64,000 bases of DNA. Origin: Candidatus Kuenenbacteria bacterium. GTDB lineage: Bacteria > Patescibacteriota > Patescibacteriia > UBA11705 > JABHMO01. The translations under genes were made by a program, and so were the position numbers. Where the stretch lies: assembly GCA_013202715.1 (NCBI GenBank), contig JABMRF010000007.1:72566-136565 (forward strand), written 5' to 3'. Shown piece by piece: positions 18,441 through 28,389 of the stretch (position 1 is the first letter of the stretch; each line of letters opens with the position of its first letter). The notes beneath the pieces were generated by a model, which worked only from the letters and a program-made list of their open reading frames with translations, was not told the DNA's origin and searched no databases.

Positions 18441-20471
18441 ATGTCAATTTTTTCACGAATCAAAATTAAATTCTTAAGACAAAGAAGTTCCGAAGGCGAG
18501 AATTTGTTTTTATTTTTAAAAGATGGATTGAGTTTACAAAGTAAAGATTTGGCTAATAGAAGGAGAGGGGACTGGGTTGAGTCCGCTTTTATTAATAATT
18601 CAGATGAAGATGTTGCGCGAACAGGGAAAAATTATTTGGGCTTGAGTTTGAGTAATAAGAAGTTGGTCTTGTTTTTGTTGTTTGTGTTAACAGGGATTGG
18701 TTTGTTGTTCGGGCGGTCAGCTTATCTTCAGGTTGTAAAAGGGGATTATTATTTGAATATAGCGGAAAAAAACAGAATTCGAATATTTAATATTACCGCT
18801 CCGCGTGGAATTATTTATGATGTAAATAATGAAGCGTTAGTGAAGAATGTCCCAAGTTTTGCTGTGTTCATTACTCCTTATGATATGAATTTTAATTCAG
18901 ACCAGATTGAAAACACCAAAAAATGGCTTTATGAAAATCTTGAAGAAATAGAAATAAAAGAGAATTTAGAAAAGATTTTGGAATTAAAACAAAATGTAAA
19001 GGAATATTTTGAGCCGGTAATATTAATTGATGGATTGGAATATGAAAAAGCATTAGCCATGCGGATAGATAGTATGAATTATCCAGGTGTGAATATTCAG
19101 GTGACTGCAAAAAGGCAGTATCTAACATATTTCAAATGGCAGCCGGTGAGTAGCTTGGCTCACGTTCTTGGTTATCAGGGAAAAATTAATCCGGATGAAT
19201 ATGAAGAATTACAAAATTCAGGTTATTTGTTAAATGACTATATTGGAAAAACCGGGATTGAAACTTCATACGAAGAACAGTTTCGTGGGAAATATGGAAA
19301 AGAGCAGGTGGAAGTTGATTCTTCGGGCAAGGCGGTCAAAATTATTGCTCGGGAAGAAATGCAAAAAGGCGATAATATATTCTTGAGTATTGATTTGGAA
19401 ATGCAGGCGAAATTGGAGGCAATTATACAGAAATATTTATGGAAATTAAATAAAACAAAAGCGTCCGCAGTAGTCATGAATCCTGAGACCGGAAAAGTAT
19501 ATAGTCTGGTGAGTCTACCTGGTTACGACAACAATTTATTTGCTCAGGGCATTTCTCAGGATAATTTTGACAATTTACTAAAAGACAAAGATCGCCCCTT
19601 GTTCAATCGCGTACTTAGTGGTGAATATCCGTCCGGGTCAGTTATCAAGCCGGTGATTGGCGCGGCAGCGTTAGAAGAAAACGTTATAAATGAAAACAGT
19701 TCATTTCTGAGTGTTGGTGGGATCAGAATTACGGAATGGTTTTTTCCCGATTGGAAAGCCGGTGGTCACGGAATTACGAACATCAGAAAAGCAATAGCAG
19801 ATTCGGTGAATACATTTTTTTATATAATTGGCGGCGGACATGGTGATTTTGAAGGGCTTGGTGTTTATAAAATGAAAGAATATGCAGAAAAATTTGGTTT
19901 GAGCAGTATTACAGGAATTGATCTGCCAAATGAACAGTCTGGATTCTTGCCAACACCGGAATGGAAGCTGGAAACAAAAAAAGAACGCTGGTATATTGGT
20001 GACACGTATCACATGGCAATTGGCCAGGGTGATTTGTTGGTCACACCGCTTCAGGTTGCAAATTACACTTCTGTATTTGCAAACAATGGTAAATTGATGA
20101 AACCTCAAATTGTTGATCGTTATTTGGATCAGGAAAGTGGACAAGAAGTTGTTTTGGGCTCACAAATTATCCGTCAGGATTTTATTGAGCAAGAAAATAT
20201 AAATATTATCAGACAGGGAATGCGCCAGGCTGTAACAAATGGTAGTGCGAAGATTTTGAATTCTCTACCGGTAACTTCAGCTGCAAAAACTGGAACTGCG
20301 CAGTGGGCGACTGACAAAACACCTCATTCCTGGTTTACCGCTTTTGCGCCTTACAATGATTCTGAATTGGTGATTACCATTCTTGTTGAAGAGGGCGGTG
20401 AAGGAAGCGCAGTGAGTGCACCGATCGCGTATGAGTTTTTGAGCTGGTACTTTCGGGAGTATAGAAAGTAA
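18441..20471 (+). CDS. mrdA: Penicillin-binding protein 2 (elongation transpeptidase)
   Basis: N-terminal TM anchor; SGSVIKP (SxxK) and KTGTAQ (KTG) motifs; downstream of mreBCD. Confidence 0.85.
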   Translation: MSIFSRIKIKFLRQRSSEGENLFLFLKDGLSLQSKDLANRRRGDWVESAFINNSDEDVARTGKNYLGLSLSNKKLVLFLLFVLTGIGLLFGRSAYLQVVKGDYYLNIAEKNRIRIFNITAPRGIIYDVNNEALVKNVPSFAVFITPYDMNFNSDQIENTKKWLYENLEEIEIKENLEKILELKQNVKEYFEPVILIDGLEYEKALAMRIDSMNYPGVNIQVTAKRQYLTYFKWQPVSSLAHVLGYQGKINPDEYEELQNSGYLLNDYIGKTGIETSYEEQFRGKYGKEQVEVDSSGKAVKIIAREEMQKGDNIFLSIDLEMQAKLEAIIQKYLWKLNKTKASAVVMNPETGKVYSLVSLPGYDNNLFAQGISQDNFDNLLKDKDRPLFNRVLSGEYPSGSVIKPVIGAAALEENVINENSSFLSVGGIRITEWFFPDWKAGGHGITNIRKAIADSVNTFFYIIGGGHGDFEGLGVYKMKEYAEKFGLSSITGIDLPNEQSGFLPTPEWKLETKKERWYIGDTYHMAIGQGDLLVTPLQVANYTSVFANNGKLMKPQIVDRYLDQESGQEVVLGSQIIRQDFIEQENINIIRQGMRQAVTNGSAKILNSLPVTSAAKTGTAQWATDKTPHSWFTAFAPYNDSELVITILVEEGGEGSAVSAPIAYEFLSWYFREYRK

Positions 20472-20553
20472 ATGTAAAATGCAAAAATCAAAACCACATA
20501 TAAAATAATTTATAAAAAAATATTTTTAATTTTGGTCTTTGATTGTGGTTTTA

Positions 20554-20583
20554 CCCCGCGCACCGGGGTCCCGCCACGCGGGA
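20554..20583. repeat. GC-rich 30-nt tandem-hairpin mini-element (copy 1)
   Basis: ccccgcgcaccggggtcccgccacgcggga, 25/30 identical to the element at 55225-55254. Confidence 0.6.
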
Positions 20584-20713
20584 CGTTTTTCATTTTGCAT
20601 TTTCCCTTTGTGAATAAGTTGACATTCTCCCAAAAATATACTATGTTCTTAATATATAGAAATAAATAAATAAGATCAGGCCTTTTTGGCCTGACTTTAT
20701 ATTGAATCAAATT

Positions 20714-21178
20714 ATGTCAAACCAAATTATTTTGACTGAAGAAGGAAAGTTAAAGTTAGAAGCGGAAGTGAAAGAGCTAAAAGAAGTTCGGCGCCCGGAT
20801 ATCATTTCAAAAATTGAACAAGCCAAAGAACTAGGAGATCTTTCTGAAAATGCAGAGTATCATGATGCCAAGGATCAGCAAGGCCTTATGGAAGCTCGAA
20901 TTTCTGAAATTGAAGGGATTCTGAAAAAGGCAGTGATTTCTCAGGTAAGTGATTCAAAAACTGAGATCGGACTTGGCTGCAAATTTATCGTTGAAAATGC
21001 TGATGGAGACAGAAGGGAATTGACCTTGGTTGGATTTAATGAAGCTGAACCACTGGTTGGAAAAATTTCCAATGAATCGCCAATGGGAGTCGCTTTTCAA
21101 GACAAAAAACCGGGAGAGACAGTTGAGGTGGAAGCGCCAAAGGGGATTATTACTTACAAGGTTATTGAGATACTTTAG
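20714..21178 (+). CDS. greA: Transcription elongation factor GreA
   Basis: N-terminal coiled coil (LTEEGKLKLEAEVKELK) and FKBP-like C-terminus; 155 aa. Confidence 0.85.
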   Translation: MSNQIILTEEGKLKLEAEVKELKEVRRPDIISKIEQAKELGDLSENAEYHDAKDQQGLMEARISEIEGILKKAVISQVSDSKTEIGLGCKFIVENADGDRRELTLVGFNEAEPLVGKISNESPMGVAFQDKKPGETVEVEAPKGIITYKVIEIL

Positions 21179-21188
21179 TTATAAGATA

Positions 21189-21223
21189 AAAAAGCAAAGC
21201 AATTGCGCTTGTGCTTTTTTGTT
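21189..21223 (+). terminator. Rho-independent terminator after greA
   Basis: aaagcaaagcaattgcgcttgtgctttttt. Confidence 0.6.
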
Positions 21224-21315
21224 TGGATTGATAATTGACTTGAAAATGTAGTTATGATAAGGTAAAATGATTATGAAATGAGTTCTGTTCTTTCTAAACC
21301 GCCTGGAGGTGTACA

Positions 21316-21783
21316 GTGGGCTATTTCCTGATTACGTTTCTCATGTTTCTTGTGATGTTGTTTTTTTCAAGCAGTGCTCAACAGGATAGAGCCGGCTGGG
21401 CAGGGATGTACGTTGTTCTTGGTACAGCCTTTTCTGCAATGGGATTTTGGTTTTCAGCTTCGCTTGAATATTCCTGGTTTGGTCCGCCAATGGGAATAAA
21501 TGAATTTTGGGTAATTTTTAGCTTAACAATGCTTTGGTATGCAGGATCACTTTTGACCTGGTATGGTTCCTGGAGAATATTTTTTCCGTCAGGAAAGTTC
21601 ATTTTTTCTCTTGATACTTTGAATGTTCCTGTTGCAGAAGGGAGAATTCATTCCCAAATGCAATATTTTGAATTTCGTGACAGAATGAATCAAGCTCACA
21701 GACAATTCAAAGATGCTGAACGTAGAGGAGAAATTCAATCAGGACCGACTATATCGGAACGATCTGATGATGAACATAGATAG
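21316..21783 (+). CDS. Hypothetical membrane protein with a cytoplasmic charged tail
   Basis: GTG start with a GGAGGT RBS; 3-4 TM helices; ~42% GC. Confidence 0.45.
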   Translation: MGYFLITFLMFLVMLFFSSSAQQDRAGWAGMYVVLGTAFSAMGFWFSASLEYSWFGPPMGINEFWVIFSLTMLWYAGSLLTWYGSWRIFFPSGKFIFSLDTLNVPVAEGRIHSQMQYFEFRDRMNQAHRQFKDAERRGEIQSGPTISERSDDEHR

Positions 21784-21818
21784 AGTAACATTTTTCTCAG
21801 TTTGAACGGAGGTACAAC

Positions 21819-22139
21819 ATGTTTATTTATTCCATTGTAACTTTCTGCCTGATTTTTCTATTGCTTCATCTTGACAAAGGTGAAAAGTGGGCATTTGCAA
21901 TTCAGTTTGGCTCAATGTTCTCCAGTGCGATTGTGTTTCTGTATATGGTTGAGTTCGGCTACTTTTTCCCAAGTTTAGCCGAGTCGGGATATATGCTTAG
22001 GCACGCTGATTATTTCACATCCCTCAAGGTTTGCGGTTTCATGTTTTCTCTGCTGAATTGGATTCTGCTTTTCAAGTTGACTAGGGGTGGATCAAATAAT
22101 AGAGCGAAGCCAGTAGGTCTAATGCTACCAACTGTCTAG
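21819..22139 (+). CDS. Hypothetical membrane protein
   Basis: RBS ACGGAGGT; 106 aa with 3 TM helices. Confidence 0.45.
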   Translation: MFIYSIVTFCLIFLLLHLDKGEKWAFAIQFGSMFSSAIVFLYMVEFGYFFPSLAESGYMLRHADYFTSLKVCGFMFSLLNWILLFKLTRGGSNNRAKPVGLMLPTV

Positions 22140-22151
22140 AAGGGGGGCTGG

Positions 22152-22526
22152 ATGAAATTTGGTATCCAGGACAGGCAAGATGGGGGATCAGACTGCATTT
22201 CACTTGGCGGTGGTATACCAGTGCCAATACCAACCAGGTTTACAGACGAGATAACTGTTGAAACTGCAGCTGAAGTTTGGCAAAAAATTCTCAAGGCTGC
22301 TGAAGATTTCGGTGAAATTTCAGGTTCTTTCACTGAAGAACAAATTGCTCAGGTTCTTGGCTTTTTGAATCTGAAATTGAGCGATTTCGTTCGGCAGTTT
22401 GGTGAACATTTCGAAATCTTCTATGCTATTCATGATGATTATGACCCGGGTGGAATTTTCTACCGTATTTGTCATGATGTAAATGCCGTATTGAAGAGAA
22501 TTGGTCGAGATGACCTAAGAGATTGA
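22152..22526 (+). CDS. Hypothetical soluble protein
   Basis: RBS AGGGGGG; 124 aa; followed by a hairpin terminator. Confidence 0.45.
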   Translation: MKFGIQDRQDGGSDCISLGGGIPVPIPTRFTDEITVETAAEVWQKILKAAEDFGEISGSFTEEQIAQVLGFLNLKLSDFVRQFGEHFEIFYAIHDDYDPGGIFYRICHDVNAVLKRIGRDDLRD

Positions 22527-22534
22527 GAAAAACA

Positions 22535-22558
22535 ATCCCGCCAAGCGGGGTTTTTTCT
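22535..22558 (+). terminator. Rho-independent terminator
   Basis: cccgccaagcgggg + TTTTTT. Confidence 0.7.
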
Positions 22559-22595
22559 TTGCAAAATTTTGTTATTTAAGTTATAATCTTTTTAT

Positions 22596-23174
22596 ATGAA
22601 CGCAGGAATTACTATCGACCAAGCTCGTGAAATATTAAACAAATACATCAAAAACCCGGCAAATGTTAACCATTGCCGGGAATCTGAGGTTATAATGCAG
22701 GCGTTAGCAAAACGACTTGGCGAAAATGAAGAGTTGTGGGGGATTGCTGGCCTTTTGCACGACATTGACTGGGAATTAGTTCAGGATGATGTTGAACAGC
22801 ATGGAATGAAAATGCAGGATATTTTGAAAGATGAGGGAGTATCTGGTGAACTAATTCAAGTGATTGTTTCGCACGTTGGTGGTTTTACGAAACATTTACC
22901 AGAGAATAATCGAGCAACTAAATTTGAACATGCGCTCGCAGCTGCAGAAACAATAACCGGGCTGATTTATGCCAGCGCTCTCGTTCGCCCGGACAAGAAG
23001 ATTGTCGAAGTGAAAGTCAAGTCAATCAAAAAGAAAATGAAGGATAAATCTTTTGCAGCAAAAGTTAATCGAGATGTTATAATGGAATGTGAGAAGCTGG
23101 AATTAAGTTTAGATGAATTTATTGAGATTTCGTTGAATGCGATGAAGGGGATCGCGAACGAAATTGGTTTGTAA
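22596..23174 (+). CDS. HD-domain (HDIG/YqeK-like) phosphohydrolase
   Basis: H..GLLHDIDWE HD motif; 192 aa. Confidence 0.6.
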   Translation: MNAGITIDQAREILNKYIKNPANVNHCRESEVIMQALAKRLGENEELWGIAGLLHDIDWELVQDDVEQHGMKMQDILKDEGVSGELIQVIVSHVGGFTKHLPENNRATKFEHALAAAETITGLIYASALVRPDKKIVEVKVKSIKKKMKDKSFAAKVNRDVIMECEKLELSLDEFIEISLNAMKGIANEIGL

Positions 23175-23255
23175 AATAAAAATTTCTACCTGACTTCAGT
23201 CAGCTCAACTGCCCAGGGTGGTGAGCCCACTGGAAGTGGGGCGGAAAATATCTAT

Positions 23256-24755
23256 ATGGAACAAAACGAAGAAGCGATTCGCTTACAAAAACTTGAAAAA
23301 ATTAAATCAATGGGAATGGAGGCATATCCGGCAAAGTTTGACAAAAAGCAAACACTGGCGGAATGTTTTGATTCCAAAGATGGCAAGAAAGTAAAAACTG
23401 CCGGCCGGGTGGTTATGTGGCGAGATATGGGAAAGCTCACTTTTGCGCATTTGAGTGATTTTTCCGGCAGAATGCAAATTGCTTTCAAGCAAGATGATCT
23501 TGGCCCCTCGGCAGGCTCGGGATTAAACAAAGATGAATATAAACAACTGCAAAAAATAATTGACCTTGGCGATTTTATTGGAGTTGAAGGTGGAATTTTT
23601 ACAACACACAAAGGTGAGCTGACTATTCTTGTTAAAAAGTGGACATTCCTTGGCAAGGCGTTGAAACCATTACCGGAAAAATGGCACGGCCTCAAAGATA
23701 TTGAAGCAAAGTATCGTCAAAGGTATTTGGATTTAATTTCAAATCAAGAAACAATGGAGCGATTTAAGTTGCGTAGTGATTTTATTAGGACTTTAAGAGA
23801 GTTTTACTGGAAAGAAAACTTTTTAGAAGTGGAAACTCCAACACTTTTGCATAGTGCAACCGGCGCTCATGCAAAACCTTACAAAACTCACAACAATGGC
23901 TTGGATATTGATGTTTTTCTTCGAATCTCGCACGAGTTGCCATTAAAACAACTTATTGTTGGAGGGTTTGATAAAATTTTCGAACTTGGTAAAGCGTTTC
24001 GTAACGAAGGTATTGATCCGTCTCATTTACCTGAGCATACTCATTTAGAACATTATTGTGCGTATTGGGACTTTGAAGACAATATCAAGTTTACAGAGCA
24101 GATGTTTGATTATATTTTTGATAAATTGAAAATTCCAAAGAAAATAAAAGTTACCGGCAAAGATGGTAAAGTTAGAGAAGTTGATTTTACAACTCCGTGG
24201 AAGCGGGTAGATTATATTGAACTGATCAAAAAAGATTGCGGTCTGGACGTCGCAAAATATGATAATCCGAAGGACCTAGTTAAAGATTTGAAAAAGAAAA
24301 AGATTAAAGTTGATGATATGGATAATATGGGCCTTGCAACTCTGATCGACAATCTTTACAAAAAGGTTTCCAGGCCGAAAATTGTTGACCCAGTGTTTTT
24401 GTATCACTATCCGATTGAGCTTCAACCTTTGGCTCGGCGGAATGACAAGGATTCTGAAATTGTTGACCAGTTTCAATTAGTTGTCGCCGGCTGGGAAATT
24501 GTCAAAGCGTATTCAGAGCTGGTTGATCCGCTGGATCAAGAAAAAAGATTCAAAGAACAAGCAAAGCTCAAAGAATCAGGAGATGATGAAGCAATGGAAG
24601 GTGACCCAGACTTTGTCGACTCCATGAAATACGGCATGCCGCCAATCTCCGGATGGGGGATGGGTATTGATCGGATTCTGACAATTTTGACTGAACAGGA
24701 AAATTTAAGAGATGTAGTTTTTTTTCCACTGATGAAACCAAAAGAAAAGGAATAA
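23256..24755 (+). CDS. lysS: Lysyl-tRNA synthetase (class II)
   Basis: N-terminal OB anticodon-binding domain; class II motifs (FRNEGID, GGIGIDRL-like GWGMGIDRIL). Confidence 0.9.
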   Translation: MEQNEEAIRLQKLEKIKSMGMEAYPAKFDKKQTLAECFDSKDGKKVKTAGRVVMWRDMGKLTFAHLSDFSGRMQIAFKQDDLGPSAGSGLNKDEYKQLQKIIDLGDFIGVEGGIFTTHKGELTILVKKWTFLGKALKPLPEKWHGLKDIEAKYRQRYLDLISNQETMERFKLRSDFIRTLREFYWKENFLEVETPTLLHSATGAHAKPYKTHNNGLDIDVFLRISHELPLKQLIVGGFDKIFELGKAFRNEGIDPSHLPEHTHLEHYCAYWDFEDNIKFTEQMFDYIFDKLKIPKKIKVTGKDGKVREVDFTTPWKRVDYIELIKKDCGLDVAKYDNPKDLVKDLKKKKIKVDDMDNMGLATLIDNLYKKVSRPKIVDPVFLYHYPIELQPLARRNDKDSEIVDQFQLVVAGWEIVKAYSELVDPLDQEKRFKEQAKLKESGDDEAMEGDPDFVDSMKYGMPPISGWGMGIDRILTILTEQENLRDVVFFPLMKPKEKE

Positions 24756-24771
24756 AATATTTAAATATTAT

Positions 24772-24796
24772 AAAAGAGCACCATGTGCTCTTTTGT
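24772..24796 (+). terminator. Rho-independent terminator after lysS
   Basis: aagagcaccatgtgctctttt. Confidence 0.65.
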
Positions 24797-24826
24797 GATT
24801 GTTGTATCAATGTGTGTTTAAAGATT

Positions 24827-25123
24827 CTAGCGATTTAGCCAAGAAGTTTGAACAGAGCTCAAAAAGCTAGGGGTTGCACCTTGTCCGACGCAAACTGCTA
24901 GAACTTCTTCTCTTGATTTGCAATGTGCGAGAGATCCTCTGATCTCTCGATGAAGTGAATTTACTTGATGTGCACTACGTCCCTGAAAATGTCCTACGGC
25001 TTCATTTCTGCTTAGAATTTTTTGAGTGACAAAAGTTTTGAATTGTCTTAGCGCAGCTCTTTCTCTCATGTTGGGCCTCCTTATGGCTAGTGAAAAGAAC
25101 AATTGAATAATTAAGTTTATCAC
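24827..25123 (-). CDS. Small hypothetical protein (uncertain; start probably internal at MRERAAL)
   Basis: ORF only; ~50% GC; no motif. Confidence 0.25.
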   Translation of the reverse strand: MINLIIQLFFSLAIRRPNMRERAALRQFKTFVTQKILSRNEAVGHFQGRSAHQVNSLHREIRGSLAHCKSREEVLAVCVGQGATPSFLSSVQTSWLNR

Positions 25124-25150
25124 AAGTAGAATAATATGTCAATATCGATT

Positions 25151-25181
25151 AAAAAAATAGGTCCGGGGCGAGGCCCGGACC
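25151..25181 (-). terminator. Terminator for the 25209-26675 gene
   Basis: ggtccggggcgaggcccggacc hairpin followed, on the minus strand, by a T-run. Confidence 0.6.
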
Positions 25182-25208
25182 ATGGAAGGAAGAAGTGTTT
25201 ATTGGTGT

Positions 25209-26675
25209 TTAATTTTCTGACTGAAACATCGAGATTTGGTTGTTTGCTATGATTGAAGCAAAGAATGCTTCAGAATCAAACATTTTCATGAGCATGGCAA
25301 AACGATACTCTTCAAGTTCAGCATCGTTTGAGTCATTAGTCCGTTCGTACCGGCTAGTCAATTCTCTGCTGGCTGTGGCTGACAATTGATATAAGTCCGG
25401 TTTAGCTATTTTTGTGTTTATCCTGAAGTATTTATTCCACAAAACTCGAAAATGAAATCTTCCAGGAGCAGAAAAACCATCACTGAAGCGTTTGTCTTGG
25501 CTGTAGAAAAGGCCCAGCTTGGTCTCTTCAAAATCAATGCAGGAAAGAAAAAGGTCTTTGAACTGAAATGAGAAAGTTTTTACAAAACTTGAGAAAGCAG
25601 AATGAACATCGTTCTCAATACCGTAGCTGTTAATAATGTAAGTAAATGAAACTCGTTGGCGGCCATCAAGTGGTGGTGGATGTACACTGCTTTTTTCAGG
25701 ATTAATTTCACATTTCCGATGAAGAAAGATCCAACTACTGTAAATCCGCAAATCAAGATTTGTCTCGGTAGTAAAGCGAAATTCCAGAGCATGACTTTGG
25801 TTGTTGTAAAGAATGTCATAAGAAGTTGTCTTTGGAAAATCTGGCATAAACATCAAAACGTGCCATGGTGTTTTATCTAGGTATTTGTACGTCGGGTTGT
25901 AATATTTAAACCATTGATCAAGAGAAGAAGGACCCTTGCTTGTTCTTAATTCAGATATACATTGGTTTTCAACTAGATAATTCACAAAGCGGGTTTGATC
26001 AATAAATTGCAGAATGTTCTTGAAGTGTATGGTTTCATCGCTGATTCCATATCCAGCAAAAGAAACAAGTTCTGGTTCTTCTGTACTTTCTTGTTCTGGA
26101 TTGAAGCTGTCTGTTTTGCAAGTACAAGGTTGTATCTCATGCATTTGCCATAGGACGTTTATTCTAAAACCGTTCTTGTGTTGGCAGGTCTTACAGTTGG
26201 GTGGAACAAAGGCAATCTCAATGTCTGTTTTGGTCCAATCAATATATTGATACCAGTCGATAAAAGTATCTTCATCAATCTTGTTTGGATTTATTTCGAA
26301 TTCGCTTGATCCTAATGAATTGACTCGACTAAAAGTGACTGTGTAGCTTTCTATGTATTCATAGGGAGTGTTCATTGAATAAGCAGTTTTGATTGAGCCA
26401 TTTTTGATTTCAAAACTTACATCATCTTGCAGTACGAGTTTAGCTTGATAAAGTACTACATTGCCCAGACTATCGTCTTCGAATTGTAAAATGACCGTGT
26501 TGTTTTCTAGCTCTGCACTGAGTTGCAGTTTGTTGCCATATGGGGTCGGGACGGCTAGATAGGCTGACCAGAATGCTGAGCACTGGTCATTGCTTTGAAT
26601 TAGTGATTCAGCAAGAGTGACTCTAGAAAAACCAAGAACCAACAAGAGAGCCAGAACAGTACGTAGCTTCTTCAT
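25209..26675 (-). CDS. Secreted cysteine-containing hypothetical protein
   Basis: Signal peptide MKKLRTVLALLLVLGFSRVTLA; 488 aa; GGAGG RBS; several Cys pairs. Confidence 0.5.
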   Translation of the reverse strand: MKKLRTVLALLLVLGFSRVTLAESLIQSNDQCSAFWSAYLAVPTPYGNKLQLSAELENNTVILQFEDDSLGNVVLYQAKLVLQDDVSFEIKNGSIKTAYSMNTPYEYIESYTVTFSRVNSLGSSEFEINPNKIDEDTFIDWYQYIDWTKTDIEIAFVPPNCKTCQHKNGFRINVLWQMHEIQPCTCKTDSFNPEQESTEEPELVSFAGYGISDETIHFKNILQFIDQTRFVNYLVENQCISELRTSKGPSSLDQWFKYYNPTYKYLDKTPWHVLMFMPDFPKTTSYDILYNNQSHALEFRFTTETNLDLRIYSSWIFLHRKCEINPEKSSVHPPPLDGRQRVSFTYIINSYGIENDVHSAFSSFVKTFSFQFKDLFLSCIDFEETKLGLFYSQDKRFSDGFSAPGRFHFRVLWNKYFRINTKIAKPDLYQLSATASRELTSRYERTNDSNDAELEEYRFAMLMKMFDSEAFFASIIANNQISMFQSEN

Positions 26676-26987
26676 TTCCCGCCTCCTGGGATTGAATTGT
26701 CAAGGACCAAAGTATATTGAAGTGTAGCATTATAAGTTGAATTGTCAACCCTTTGCTAAATTTGATAGATTTGGGTATAATATAAGTATGAATTGTGACG
26801 TATGAATTATGAATTAAGTAAATATAATTGGAACATCTCCCCTCGGGGGATTTATAAGAAAGTTAATTAGAAGTTAATTAAAGGTAATTTAAGTTACATA
26901 AAAGAAAGTTAATTAAAAAAAGGATTAAGGCCGAATATTTGGTTGTCTTGTTACACCTTGTTTCGCCCTTTTTCGCCTTATAAAAAT

Positions 26988-28256
26988 ATGTTAGATATCA
27001 AATATATCCGTGAAAATATTGAGCAACTGAAAAACGTTGCTCGCCACAAGAATATTGAAGTTGATTTAGAAAAATTGTTGGGGCTAGATGACCAGCGGAA
27101 GAAATTAACTCAAAAAATTGAAGAACTTCGAACAAAGAAAAATCAAGTTAGCAAAGAGATTCCGGGAATGCAGGAAGGTGAAAAGTCTGCTGCACTGAGA
27201 GAAATGAAAGAGGTTGACGCATTGCAGGGTGAATTGGAACAAAAATTCAAGCCAGTAATGGAAGAACTACAAACATTGTTACTAAAAGTTCCAATGTATG
27301 TTCATGAAGATGTCCCAGTTGGAATTGATGAGACTTCAAATGTTGAACTAGAGCGCATCGGCGAAGTTCCTAAATTCAAATTTGCGCCAAAAGATCATCT
27401 TCAACTTGGGAAGGATTTAGGTATCATTGACAATGAGCGTGCGGTCAAAATCGGTGGAACTCGATCTTATCTTTTGAAAGGTGACGGCGCGCGATTGGAA
27501 TTGGCACTCATGAAGTATGCTTCTGATTTTATTTCTAGAAAAGGTTATGACCTGATGAGCGTTCCGGTTATTGTAAATAGAGAAGCTCTCGAAGGAACAG
27601 GATTTTTTCCAGGCGCTGAGGAAGAAACGTATCATTTGGAAAAAGATGATAAATATTTGGTTGGTACCTCAGAAGTTGCGCTTGGCTCTTTTCATGCTGA
27701 TGAAATACTTGAAGAAAAGGATTTGCCAAAGAAGTTTGCCGGCTACTCAGTTTGTTTTCGTCGTGAGGCGGGAGCGTATGGCAAGGATACTCGCGGGCTG
27801 TATCGAGTTCATCAGTTTTTGAAAGTTGAACAGTTTGTGATTTGCAAAAATGATAATGAAGAAAGCATGAAAATGTTCAGCGAGCTTCTAGCCAATTCAA
27901 AAGAATTTTTACAAACATTGAATTTGCCATTTCGAACTCTGAATATTTGTACCGGTGATATGGGGCAGGGAAAATATTACATGAATGATCTTGAAACCTG
28001 GATGCCGAGTAGGGGAGACTATGGTGAAACTCATTCTTGTTCAGCTCTTCTTGATTTTCAAGCAAGGCGATTAAATCTTCGATACAAAGACAAAGAGGGC
28101 AAAGTTCAGTTTTGTCATACCTTGAATAATACTGTGATTGCCACACCGAGGGTTCTGATTCCGATTCTTGAATTAAATCAAACTGAAGACGGAAAGGTTA
28201 AGATTCCGGAGGTTCTTCAGCCGTATATGGATAATCAGCAAGTAATTGGAAACTAG
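26988..28256 (+). CDS. serS: Seryl-tRNA synthetase
   Basis: N-terminal coiled-coil arm; class II core (FRREAGAYGKDTRGLYRVHQF). Confidence 0.9.
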   Translation: MLDIKYIRENIEQLKNVARHKNIEVDLEKLLGLDDQRKKLTQKIEELRTKKNQVSKEIPGMQEGEKSAALREMKEVDALQGELEQKFKPVMEELQTLLLKVPMYVHEDVPVGIDETSNVELERIGEVPKFKFAPKDHLQLGKDLGIIDNERAVKIGGTRSYLLKGDGARLELALMKYASDFISRKGYDLMSVPVIVNREALEGTGFFPGAEEETYHLEKDDKYLVGTSEVALGSFHADEILEEKDLPKKFAGYSVCFRREAGAYGKDTRGLYRVHQFLKVEQFVICKNDNEESMKMFSELLANSKEFLQTLNLPFRTLNICTGDMGQGKYYMNDLETWMPSRGDYGETHSCSALLDFQARRLNLRYKDKEGKVQFCHTLNNTVIATPRVLIPILELNQTEDGKVKIPEVLQPYMDNQQVIGN

Positions 28257-28333
28257 AAACTGGAAACTTGGGTTGAGACTAATATAAAAAAGTAAGCAGG
28301 TTTTGTGAAAGCAGGGCCTGCTTTTTTATTGCA

Positions 28334-28362
28334 TTGACATTGTCAACTTTATTTGCTATATT
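28334..28362 (+). promoter_or_regulatory. Promoter TTGACA-17-TGcTATATT
   Basis: Consensus hexamers upstream of the 28390 gene. Confidence 0.5.
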
Positions 28363-28389
28363 AATATATTAACAATTAAACAGCGGGAG

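Noticed and set aside
20619-20648. Promoter for greA (TTGACA at 20619)
   Set aside because: The best -10 candidates give a 12- or 18-nt spacer with weak hexamers (TATACT too close, TATGTT weak); left unannotated.
24800-25140. Considered a tmRNA or other ncRNA on the plus strand opposite the weak 98-aa minus ORF (an ANFLAKSLESLNTH* reading frame was checked as a candidate tag)
   Set aside because: No tRNA-like T-arm/acceptor (GGTTCGANTCC...CCA) and no LAA/AFA-type tag end; the region is better explained as a short GC-rich ORF plus the lysS terminator.
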